Origin: Protoeuglena noctilucae
Taxonomy: Eukaryota
Length of the DNA: 64,000 nucleotides
Direction of reading: 5' to 3'
NCBI GenBank assembly: GCA_958009085.1
Contig: OY253685.1
Span: 372,001-436,000, forward strand
Positions 1-10,512 of this stretch are shown here, piece by piece; within the stretch, counting starts at the first letter, position 1, and the number at the start of each line of letters is the position of its first letter. The notes under the pieces were generated by a model. It was not told the origin of the DNA, ran no database searches, and saw only the letters and a list, made by a program, of their open reading frames with translations. A program made the position numbers and the translations under genes.

Positions 1-416
1 GACTGCCGCCGGCACTGGTCACGCGTGCGGGTGGCAGCGGCCCTGGTGGGCGGCGCTGGCGGGGTGTGGACGACCGCCCGCATCTCCCCGGGCCTTGTCA
101 TAGGTCCTCAAGGCGTGGGTGACCGCGTCCTCATGGCGGCACTGCTCTCCTGGCGCACCACAGGGCACCAGCGTGTCTGATGCGCCCGGGAAGTTTGAGG
201 CTCAAGAAATGGCGATTCTCTCACCCCCCCCCCCCCTCCCCCAAGGCGACGCCCGTCTTTGTCTCCCCCCCCCCCAAGACTCAAGGCGTAATGGTTCAGC
301 CCGAACACGTCTGACACCGGCAGGGTCAGAGCGTGGGTCAACCGCGGCACGAGGGTGCGCACACCCTTCGTGAACACTGAGCACGGCTTCAGGGTCATCA
401 TAACCAGCCAAGAGCG

Positions 417-717
417 CCGGGCACAGGGGGGCGAAACCCCCCACTGGCCCCTTGGGAACCACACTCCCAGAGTGCGTGGGGGCTTTGCAAAGCGTCCCGG
501 GGGCGGCAGCGTCGTAAGGCCACCTGAACGCGTGCGGTGAAGGCAGCGGCAGCCCCAAGGGACTGGGGGGACCGGATCTCGGGGACCTGGGTCCCCCGCT
601 CTGTCCCACAAGGGGGCGCCAAAGCCGTACCAGCACTCCGAACATGACGTGAAACCCTCGGCCACCGCCCCCGACTCTGCTAGGCCCCCGCCCACCGGCG
701 CCCGCCCGAGGTTTCCT
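417..717. repeat. ~300-bp dispersed repeat, copy 1 (copy 2 at ~1209-1508)
   Basis: Long shared blocks, e.g. GCCGGGCACAGGGGGGCGAA, AGGCCACCTGAACGCGTGCG, CCCAAGGGACTGGGGGGACCGGATCTCGGGGACCTGGGTCCCC and CACTCCGAACATGACGTGAAACCCTCGG. Contains several short hairpins. Confidence 0.9.
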
Positions 718-931
718 TGCGGGCACCCCGTGACGAGCACCGACGGGCAGCCGGCTGTCCCGCGGGGCCGAACCCGGGCTTTAGAACCCTGGAGGGCCGG
801 CGACCTTGAACTCCTGCACGTCCAGGCGATACCGCAATGTGAAGTACTCACCACGTCCCGCGCATGCGCGAGCAGGCTACCCACACCATCACAGGAGTGC
901 CATCTAGCAGACCCGGTGCTCCCACGCCCCG

Positions 932-1178
932 AAAAAAAAAAAAAAAAGGCTCGCGGCGGGATCGGAGCTCGACACGTCAGCACCTGGTGCCAGACGCGGG
1001 TGCCTCTCACTTCTCTGGACACCAACCGTGACCCGTGAGGGACCACGACCATTGCTCCCAAAAAAAAAAAAAAAAAAGGCCCGCGGCGGGATCGGAGCTC
1101 GACACGTCAGCACCTGGTGCCAGACGCGGGTGCCTCTCACTTCTCTGGACACCAACCGTGACCCGTGAGGGACCACGA
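932..1178. repeat. Two tandem ~100-bp near-identical units, each preceded by a poly(A) tract
   Basis: A-runs at ~932-947 and ~1060-1077, each followed by GGC(T/C)CGCGGCGGGATCGGAGCTCGACACG...CCGTGAGGGACCACGA. Confidence 0.9.
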
Positions 1179-1208
1179 TCTCGAGCTCGTCATTTCCCGC
1201 CGCGGGTG

Positions 1209-1508
1209 CCGGGCACAGGGGGGCGAACCCCCCCACTGGCCCCTAGGGATCCACACTCAGAGAGTGCGAGGGAGCTTTGCAAAGCGGCCCGGGGGCGGAA
1301 GCGTCATCAGGCCACCTGAACGCGTGCGCTAGGGGAGTGGCGCGCCCAAGGGACTGGGGGGACCGGATCTCGGGGACCTGGGTCCCCCGTTCTGTCCCAC
1401 GAGGGGGGCACCGCAGCCTTTGCAACACTCCGAACATGACGTGAAACCCTCGGCTACTGCTCCCGACTCTACTAGGCTCCCGCCCGCCGGCGCCCGCCCG
1501 AGGTTTCC
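1209..1508. repeat. ~300-bp dispersed repeat, copy 2
   Basis: Aligns by eye with 417-717, with scattered substitutions, many of them C/T. Confidence 0.9.
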
Positions 1509-1674
1509 ACGACCATTGCTCCCACGCCCCGTCTTTGTCTTTGATGGTCGTGAAGCTCTGGTACGAAAGCAGCGAGCGCCGGGCATGCCAGGACGGAGAG
1601 TTGCTGTCAGAGTACCTGATGCCAATCCTTTTGCTAAATTGTTGCAGCATTTCGACTTCCGTTGTCGAAGACGT

Positions 1675-1748
1675 TCCGGCTTAGCTCAGTTGGTTAGAGC
1701 GCACGGCTGTTAACCGTGAGGTCGCAAGTTCGACCCTTGCAGTCGGAG
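1675..1748 (+). tRNA. tRNA-Asn (GTT)
   Basis: Full cloverleaf: acceptor TCCGGCT/AGTCGGA, D-arm GCTC-AGTTGGTTA-GAGC, anticodon arm CACGG-CTGTTAA-CCGTG, T-arm GCAAG-TTCGACC-CTTGC, discriminator G. A TTTT Pol III terminator follows at ~1755. Confidence 0.95.
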
Positions 1749-1882
1749 CAAATCTTTTGGTGTGCCCAAGGATTACCCTACCGGGTATTGACCTACCCGC
1801 CTTCGGAGAGAAAGTCACCTACACTGCGCATGTGTAGGTACCTGTGTAGGTCAGCGCGAGCGCGAGGTCGCAAAACCCGTGC

Positions 1883-2060
1883 CGTGCCAAATGCACTGCA
1901 ACGATGGAAACCCCGGGGTGTCAGCTGCCCCGGGGGACGGCACTTCTGCCGCAAGGCGTGGCTCTGAGAGTCATAGCACCCCTCGACTGTTGAATCGCTC
2001 ATCATCATCGCAAAACCCCTGTCATAGCACCCCTCGACTGTTGAATCGCTCATCATCATC
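1883..2060 (+). repeat. Two 5'-truncated copies of the retrotransposon 3' end
   Basis: 1883-2009 matches 11279-11405 (127 bp, one mismatch seen). 2021-2060 repeats the last 40 bp. Both end in CATCATCATC. Confidence 0.8.
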
Positions 2061-2126
2061 AAAATTGGCGAGGGGGTGCGGTTGGGTGTTTTGCGTGCAT
2101 TCGCGACGGCTGATGCGGTCGCATAT

Positions 2127-2683
2127 CCCCTGGCAGGCGCCAGGCGGCAGCACGACGCGCTCGAGTTCTGCTGGTCGGGACAAGCCGCGCCCCCGAGTCT
2201 AGGGGGGCTTTCGGGGCGCTGCGCGCTGTGTGCGTGCAGAGGGACGGCAGGCTTTCGTGTCGGGGACGCAGAGCGACCGGCGGGACGCGGGGACCGCGCC
2301 GGTGGGACCAGGGTGGGGTCCGTTGTTAGCATGGGGCGAAAGTGCTCTGCGCCGTGGCATGGGGGCTTGTCTCTGCTTCGTTGCTTCGTTGTTGTATTTG
2401 TACCCAGGGGCCCGCTCGCGTGGCATCCTGCGGTTGCTCGTCCCGGCAGGGGCGGCGGTTCGGCGAAGGGGCTAGGGGCGCTGGAGCCCGGGGCGGCGGC
2501 CCCATAGCCTTAGGGTGGGGGGACCTAGCGGGGGCGGGCCAAGTGCCATATGCACTGCGATCATGGAACCCCCGGGGTGCGGCAGCCCCGGGGGAAGGCG
2601 CCCCTGTCGCGCGGGCCTAGCTCGTGCGGCGAGGATCCTGATGGACCTCAGCACCCTCAGCCATTGAACTGCACATCATCATC
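2127..2683 (+). mobile_element. Putative non-autonomous mini-element (diverged 5' end plus 3' end of the LINE, no ORF)
   Basis: 2127-2230 resembles 2689-2790 (CCCCTGGCAGGCGCCAGG...CGGGAC(A/G)AGCCGCGCCCC). 2468-2683 resembles 11203-11405 (GGGCTAGGGG...GCCTTAGGGTGGGG...CCTAGCGGGGGCGGGCCA...CATCATCATC). Confidence 0.6.
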
Positions 2684-2806
2684 GCAAAACCCCTGGCAGG
2701 CGCCAGGTGAAGGCACAGCCGCTCGGTCTCGTTGGCTCGGGACGAGCCGCGCCCCGGAGCCGAGGGGGGCTTGCGAGGCGCCGCGCGCGTGGCAGCGTGC
2801 GGTAAA

Positions 2807-5800
2807 ATGACGATCTGTAGCATGGATGGGCCGGGCGGCCGGCGGAAGGGGGTTGCGGCGACGGGGGCGGCCCGATCAGATGGTATTGTTAGCTCGAGCG
2901 TTCGGGGCCCGCGCGGTGGCGGGGCGGGGCCGGCGTCGGGTCTTTTGCATGCAGGGGGTTCAGAAGGTATCGCAGGAGGGTCTACGGGGGGCGGAGGAGG
3001 CGGAGCGGGCGCGGGTGCGCGGCGCGGGGGCGCGCTGGGGCAGCATGGCGGCGCGAGGAGAAGGGGGGGCGGGAGCGGTCCGCGAGGCCGGGGGAGCGGG
3101 AAGAGTCGGTCTGGAGGCGTTCAAAGCTCGGGAGCGCAAGGGTCGGAGGTCGGAGAGGCGTCGGGGGCGCGTATCGGCGCGCTCCCACCCATCCCGCTGC
3201 CGCCATTGGGGAATCTGCCCCCGCCGCCGCCGCCGCCGCCGCGGATGGCGCCCTCCGCGGTGCCGGCGCGCGGGCCACGGCGACGGGGAAGGCGGAGCGC
3301 GGCGCGGGACCTCGCGCCGGACGACCTGCGGGTCGTCAGCGTCAACGTGCGGGGGCTGTCGAGCGGGGCCATGGCGGGCAAGCGGGCGACGGTGCGGCGG
3401 CTGGTGCGGAGGCTGCGGGCGGACGTGGTGGTTCTACAGGAGGTCAAGATGCGGGCGGGGCAGGAGGCGGTGGCGTCGGGATTCTTCCCCCAATACTTCT
3501 GCCACTGGTCGCTGGACGAGAACGGCGGCCCGGGGGGCGTGGGGGTGCTGGTACATCGGGAGTCGGTGGCGGGCACGCCGAAGCGGCGCGGGGCGGACGT
3601 GGAAGGGCTGGCGGGGCGGGCGTGCGCAGTCGACCTCGCATGGGCCGACCGGCGCTTCACGGTGGTGGGGGTCTACGCGCCGGCGTCTGGGGGGGCGGCA
3701 GCGCACAGGGACTTCACTGCGCGGCTGCGGCATCTGATGCCGCCTCGCCAGGCGCACAGGGAGACGATCGTCGTTGGGGACTTCAACTGCACGTCGGGTC
3801 ACCCGCTCGAGCGGGCGTCCCGGCGCCACCACGACGACCTGGCCAAGGTCATCCACTGGACGGAGAACGTGACGGGACCGCAGGGGCTGGCGGACGTGCA
3901 CGTGCAGCTGGGGCTACGCCGGGACACCTACACGTGGTTCGGGGCGCGAGCGGAGGGGGCAGCAACGCCGGCGGCGCGCATCGACCGCTGCCTGGCGCGC
4001 CCGGCCCTGCTAGCCCGGCACCCGGCGACGCTGGCGGCGCGCTTCGTGCCCGGGCTGGACCACAAGGCGCTCGTCCTGACGCTGCGGCGGCGGGCAGACA
4101 GGGCCGCGGGGCGCAACCCGCTGCGGCAGGTCCGGCCGTTCTGGGCGCCGGGGAGCCATGAGGCCGAGCGATTCCAGCGGGGCGTGTGGAGGGACTTACC
4201 GGCGGACGGGCCGGGGTGCACGTCGGTGCGAGTGGCCTAGGTCATCCGGCACCGCGCGGAGGCGATCAACCTGGTGGTGCGGCGGCGGCGGGACGGGGAG
4301 CGGAGGCGTCTGGAGAAGCAACTGGGACGGGCGGAGAGGAGGGCGCAGCGGACGAACGCGACGGAGGACTGGGACCGGATGCTAGACCTGCAGCGCCAGC
4401 TGACGGTGCTGGAGCAGCAGGAGGTCCAGTGGCAGAGCGAGCGGGCGAAGCACTTTCTGCGGGTCTTCGGGGCCGTGCCGAGTCGGCGGATCACGGCCCA
4501 TTTCAAGTGGCGGCGGCGGGCCGAGGGCGTCACGGACGACCTCGCGCGGGACCTGCAGACCAACATGGCCCAGCTCTACGCCCCTGCCGCGCCCCCGGCC
4601 TCCGCGGACGGCCAACATGAGCGGGCGCGCGCCAACTTCCTGCGCAACCCGCGGTCGCCGCTGTCGGAGGAGGCGAGGGCCGCTCTCGAGGCAGACGTGA
4701 CACGGGCGGAGGCGGCTGAGGCGATACAGGGTCTACGGGGCGACAGCTGCGGTGGCGCGGACGGCATCTCCCCGGCGCTGCTCAGGGCGTGCCAGGGCAC
4801 CGGGACCGAGGCGGGCGTCGAGCGGGTGGTCGCCTACTTCGTAAACAAGCTCCTCCGCGGCGAGGGGCACGACGGCCGCCTCGCGGACGCCGCCATCACG
4901 CTCATCCACAAGGGCGGCTCGCGGACGGACTGGCGGCGGTACCGCCCCATCTCCCTACTGTCCGTCCTCTACAAGGCTTCGGCCAAGGTGCTGACGGCGC
5001 GGCTGCTGCGGGTGCTGCCGCAGCTCGTGCACGAGGACCAGTTGGGTTTCGTCCCCGGGCGTGACATTGGGACGGCCATCTACTCGCTGCATCTGCTCGA
5101 CGAGCTCATGCGCATCCGGCGGCAGTCTGCGTGGGCGGTGCTGGTGGACTTCGAACAGGCGTACGACACGGCCTTCCGGGGGTGGGCTGCGGACGCGATG
5201 GCGTGGGGAGGGCTCCCGCCGCGTTTTGTCAAGGCGGCGGTGGCGCTGCAGAGCGACAGCCGGGCGAGCCTGGTCCTCAATGGGGCGGCGGGGGAGCCGT
5301 TCCCGCTCAACCGGGGCGTCAAGCAGGGATGCCCCCTGAGCTCATCTTCGTGCTGGCGGTGGAGCCCCTCGCAGAGAGGCTGCGGGCGTGGGGCCAGGAG
5401 CCGGTGCAGCTGCCGGGCGGCCCGCGGTGCGACCGCGTGCTCGGCATCCGGACGACGGGCGGCAGGGCCGAGACGCTTCTGGCCTTCGCCGACGACTTCA
5501 ACGTGCTGCTCCAACGGCTCGTGGCGCGCGACAGGAACCAACTCGACCCGTGGCGGGAGCTGGCCGAGGTGCTGCGGGACTTCCACCGTGTGTCCGGGCT
5601 GAAGGCGAGCCAGACCAAGACGAAGCTCTACCGACTGGGACGCATCAACAAGCGGCAGGAGGCCAAGGCCGCCGCGCAGGGCTGCCCGTGGGGGGTGGAG
5701 CTGGGGGGCGTGCGGCTGCTGGGGGCGCAGACGAGAGAGCAGGCGGCGCTGGTGTGGCCCGGGCGGCTGGGGGAGGCCCTGCGCCGCGCGGACGCGGCGT

Positions 5801-8376
5801 CATCGCTGGGGCTGCCGATCCGGGGTCGGGCGCGCGTCGCCAACGCCTACATCACCTCGCTCGCGGGGTACCACCTCGAGATGTCCCCCGCCGCCGACCA
5901 CTCGTGCGTCGCTGACCTGCGGAGGGTCCAGGAGCGCTATGTCCTCAACGCACGATCGGCGGGGCAGGTGTGGTTCCGTGTGGGCCGCATCATGCTGACC
6001 GCCCCGCCGGAGGGTGGGGGGCTGGGCGCCCTCCCGCTGGACGCGCACACGGCGGCGCGGCGGCTCCGGCACCTGGCGCGCGCCCTCATCACGAAGCGCG
6101 TGGGCGCTCACGGCCAGTTGGACGGTCTCGCTGGCATCCTCACGGCGTGCCTGGAGGGGCTCGGGGCAGGCCGGCTGGGCCTGCTGCCCTTCTCACTGCC
6201 CGAGACGGACGGTTGCCACGTGGCGCAGTTGATCGAGTCCCGCCGCCTGCGGGGCAAGCTGCCGGCGCTCGAGAGCTTCTGCGACGCCATCAAGAGCCTC
6301 GGGACCCTGCGCGCGACCCTCGGGCCCGTGCACGCGCCGCCACCTCTGGCACCCACGACGGACGAGGTCGCCCGGCAGCGCTGGACCGGCCTGGCGGCGG
6401 AGGGCCGGCTGACGCTCAACTTCGACGGGGGCTCGCGGGGCAACGGCTCCGACACGTCCACGGCTGGCGCGGGGGCGGTGCTGGCGGCCGGGGAAGGCGA
6501 GGGGGTGGAGACGCTGGAGCTCGCGGGCCCCGCCGTGCGCGGGGCCTCCAACAACCAGGCCGAGTTCGCCGCGCTTTTGGGAGGGCTGCGCGCGGCAGTC
6601 GAGCTCGGCGCCACCAAGCTCCGCGTCCGGGGGGACTCCCTCCTCGTCATCCGCGCCATGGACCCGCGGGACTGCTCGGTGCTGCGGCACCCGGCGCTGG
6701 TGCCGCTGTGGACCGAGGCGCAGAGGCTCGCGGCGGGCCTCGACATCACTTGGGAGCACGTGCCACGGGAGCAGAACGCCCTGGCGGACCGCCTGTCCAA
6801 CGTGGCCATGGACGGGCATGGCTGGCGGGGGGCGCGCATGGGCGGCGGGGGCCTGGCGGGCACGGACGGCTCGCGTTTCGCCTCTTCTACGGACTTCTTC
6901 ACCCCCGTCACTGGGACTACAAAGGGGGATCTACTCTGCGCGTCGCTTCTCACCCCGGGGGTCCTCTGTGCCGCCGGCGGGGGGGCTCCGGGCGCGGGGG
7001 TGGCAGGCCTGGGGGCGCCGGCGATGGAGGGGGCAGCTGGCCCCCTCCACAACGACATGGGACAGGACCAAGACGATTCGGCCTCATCGCTCCACAGCTT
7101 CGCGACGGGCGCCCATGGGAGGGCTGGTGGGGCGTGGGTGCACGACGGCGCGTCGGGCGACGACAATACGGATGATGGGATCGACGAGGGGGGTGCTGGG
7201 CGGCCGGCGGGGGGCGGCCGGCCCCTCCTCCTGCACCCGGTGGGGAGGGCGATGGCGTAGCGGGGGTTCGGAACTGTGGGGCATTATCTCTGCATGCGGG
7301 ACCCGGCGCGGCGATGGGACACGTGGGTCTCCTGGGCGTTCGCGCTGGGCTATGATCGGCTGCCGGGGATGGATCGGAGGGGCCTCGGCTGGGTGGTTGG
7401 GGCTTTTATGCGGGACCTGGGCCTCCTTGGGCCGGGCATACTCGTTGCCCGGCCAGACGTGGAGGGGCAATGGGACCCGTGGGACGGGCTGGCGCTCACG
7501 GAAGGCTTCATGGAGCGCCTGCGACTCGCCTCCCCGGGCGGCGGGGAGGCCAACGACTTCTACCGGCCCATGACGGCCACCGCGCCGGGCTGGGCACTGG
7601 ACCCCGGCGTCGCCTCCAAGGCGGCGCTGGACCTGGCCTCCTACACGGTGCGGGAGGCGGCGAGGACGACGTGTGACAGGGCGGCGATCCGGCAGCGGCT
7701 GGAGCGCAAGGCGGAGGGCTGGGCGGCGGCGCTGGGGGAGGGACACGGCTTAACGGGAGAGGGATTGAGGCGCACGCTGGTGGCGCTCAACGGGCTGCCG
7801 CTGTCGGACGCCCTGCACGAGCGGCTGTGGCTGACGCTGGCGGACGGGTGGGCTACGCAGGACAGGATGTACTGGGCGGAGCGGGACGAGTGCCCGCTGC
7901 TGACGGAGGAGGGGGAGGCGTGCATGGGAAAGGACAGCGCGGCCCACGCGTTCTGGGAGTGCTCGCGCGCGCGGGAGGTGTGGCGCGTGGCGAGGGGCAT
8001 CGTGGCGTGGGCGGGGGGGGCGCAGGGGGCGCCCCTCCGCCTGTCGGCCCTCTTCCTGTTGCGCGTGCCGGAGGGCGCGCGGTTGGGGCCGCTCACGTGG
8101 GCGGTCGTGGCGGGGGCGACCGTGCAGGTCATCTGGCGCAGGCGGCAGCAGCTGACGAAGGACGCGGGGGCGGACGCGTACCCGGCACAGCTGTTCGCGC
8201 AGATGGCGCGCATCATGGCCGAGGAGCTCGTCGCTCTGGCGGCGTACCGGGGCGGGCGGGCCCTCGCGCGCTGCACGCACCCTGACGACGCCCTCTTACA
8301 CCCAAGGGACCCGGCGAGGTCCACCTTCACCTACACTGCGCCCACATGGGCAGCCGTCGAGCCGCTACTCCCCTGA
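2807..8376 (+). pseudogene. Disrupted LINE polyprotein: Gly/Arg-rich N-terminus, APE endonuclease, reverse transcriptase, archaeal-type RNase H, zf-RVT
   Basis: APE motifs VSVNVRGL, VVLQEVK, GVYAP, VVGDFN, IDRCL, LDHKAL. RT motifs YRPISLL, QLGFVPGR, LVDFEQAYD, GVKQGCPLS, AFADD. RNH motifs FDGGSRGN, NNQAEF, RGDS, EQNALADRLSN. zf-RVT CPLL...C...DSAAHAFWEC. In-frame TAG at 4238-4240 and 7258-7260, frameshift at ~5340, no introns seen. Confidence 0.9.
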
Positions 8377-8420
8377 GGGGGGCTCTTCATTCGCAGCTCG
8401 CCATCACCCCACGACATTCG

Positions 8421-8485
8421 GGCCGGGGCGCCGGCGCCGGACGGGTGGCCTTCGGGCTGCTCGTTCCGGCGTCGGCGCCCCGGCC
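8421..8485 (+). other. ~30-bp RNA hairpin capped by a C(UUCG)G tetraloop in the LINE 3' UTR
   Basis: GGCCGGGGCGCCGGCGCCGGA-CGGGTGGCC-TTCG-GGCTGCTCG-TTCCGGCGTCGGCGCCCCGGCC. The non-Watson-Crick positions are mostly G-U on the + strand. Confidence 0.85.
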
Positions 8486-10512
8486 AACTGGGGCGTCCAC
8501 GGCCACACTGAGCATCTACGGAAGAGCCCGTCTGCCGGCTAAAACAAGCTCCCCTGCACCCAGGATGATGATATGGGCTGGAGCATCGCACGGCGGCGCC
8601 ACCGGCGATCCCCTGGGCTGCCTGGCCGGAGCCGGAGCCTGAGAGGGGCCGCGGGCGGGGGGTCCACGCGATGCGCGCGCAGCCGCAGGGGCGTGGGGCG
8701 CGCTGTGGCGGCAAGGGCGGGCGCCTCACGGGGAGGGTGCCGGCGCTCGGGACACCAAGGGCTTCTGCGCACCCACGCTCCATCTCTCGCATGCCTCGCA
8801 GGTTCTCGGACGCACACTCGACAGCTTTACCCACACGCCTTCTCCTCACCTGCCCCGCAGCCGGCCATGCCACCCCACCCCAATGCGCATTACTCCCACA
8901 TCCACCCGACCGCATTGCTCCCACCAGGGCCCTAAGCCAGCCCACTGCCTTCCTATGACGCACACTTTTCACCCCCCACATCACACTGCACACGCACCCT
9001 GCCCCAGCAGCACTCACCCGCATGCCACGCCTCCCCGTCCATGCCCGCAGCTAACAGATAGATGCCTCTTCCAACCAGACCACACACACCGTCTTACTCT
9101 CTGCACGCACCCTCGTCACTCATCTCACGATCTCGCCGCTCAGCACCACTCTTGCCCACTCACCGCGCATCACCACTGACATACACACGTTCACCTCTCA
9201 ACCCCCTCTCCTCTTCCACATGGACCCCCACATAAACCACCTTCCTGCTCAGCACGCATCATCTCCCACCCCTCCTCCTGGCAGCCCCACGCCACACCCT
9301 TCTCACGGACCACGCCCCCGCACACACCTCACCTCACACGCCCAACCAGACTCGCCCTTTTCGCAAGCCCTCCTGCCCCACGCACTCCCCCCCTAGCTGC
9401 ACAGGTAAGGCTCAGCACCCTCTCCTCACAGCTAATGCCCACGTGAGCACTCACACCCCTCAGCGCATCACTCCCCACGCACCAAGCACCACACACCGAT
9501 CCAGCACAGCATCTGCACCTCCTGACCTCCCCCAATCACGCACAGACCTCCTCGCATCCTCCCACGACCACCCTCTTGGCCAGCCGCAGGTCAGGACCCA
9601 CACCAACACTCATCCTCCGCCACGCACACCGTCACCTCTCCCTGACCGCAGACCTGGACGGACGCGCAGACGCACCCTTGCCTCACCCCTAGCCCTTTGC
9701 AGCCATGCCTCGCAGGCCCTTGGTGTCCCACAGCCGCCAGCGCTCACCCGTGGGGCGTCTGCTCCGTCGCCGTCGCGGCGCGCCCCGCACACCCACGGTA
9801 CTGCGCGTGCCGCGTGGCCTCCCCGCCCGTGGTCCTTCAGGGGCTCTGGCGCTGGTCGGGTGGGTCCGCGTGGGGGTCGCCAGCGCGTCGCATGTGCTCC
9901 AGCCAACGTGAGAGACCAGCCCCGCTGGGGGGGGCTGGCAAAGGGTGCGACGGGGGACAAACGTCGGGGCAGAGCTGGCACCAACGGGTTGATGGGCTCA
10001 GACAGTGGCGAGAGACGTGGCGCCCGTGGGGTGGAACGCCGGGGATGTCGTGGGAACACCCGGCAGTGGCGCAGAACGGACCAGGCGCCACAGGATCAGA
10101 GAGCGGCGTGGCTGCGACGAGGCGGGGAGAGTGGGGGCGCAAGTGGGCCGGAGGGCCTGTCTTTGGGAGTCTGCTGAGGAGGCCCTGCAGGAGAGCAACG
10201 GATGGCGAGGGGTGCTGGCGCCCGGCATGATGGCGCTGGCGGGGGCGACCCCTCGCACGACACACAGCAGGGCAGCGGGCTTTTGGGGGCGGGCGCGATG
10301 GCAGCGCGGCAAGAGCGAGCGGCGGCGGCGAGAGTAACACAAGGGGCATCGAATGGTGTGGGTGGGCATGGGCTGGGCGACACAGGGGTGTCGGGTGTTT
10401 GGGGGGGCGACGGGGGCGCGAGGCAGGCCGAGGTCCTCTGGATGCGCAGGGGCGCGTGAGCGGGGGGCAGGCCTCGGTTATCAGGGCGCGCGGGTGCGCG
10501 GAGCGGGGGGTG

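Noticed and set aside
2508..2516. Telomeric TTAGGG / AAAACCC motifs suggesting telomere targeting
   Set aside because: Only isolated single units are present, with no tandem telomeric tract.
4238..7260. TAG=Gln reassignment (as in some ulvophytes) to explain the in-frame TAGs
   Set aside because: Host genes here (AspRS 27519-27521, cytidine deaminase 60293-60295) appear to end at TAG, and no internal TAG/TAA was noticed in conserved exons.
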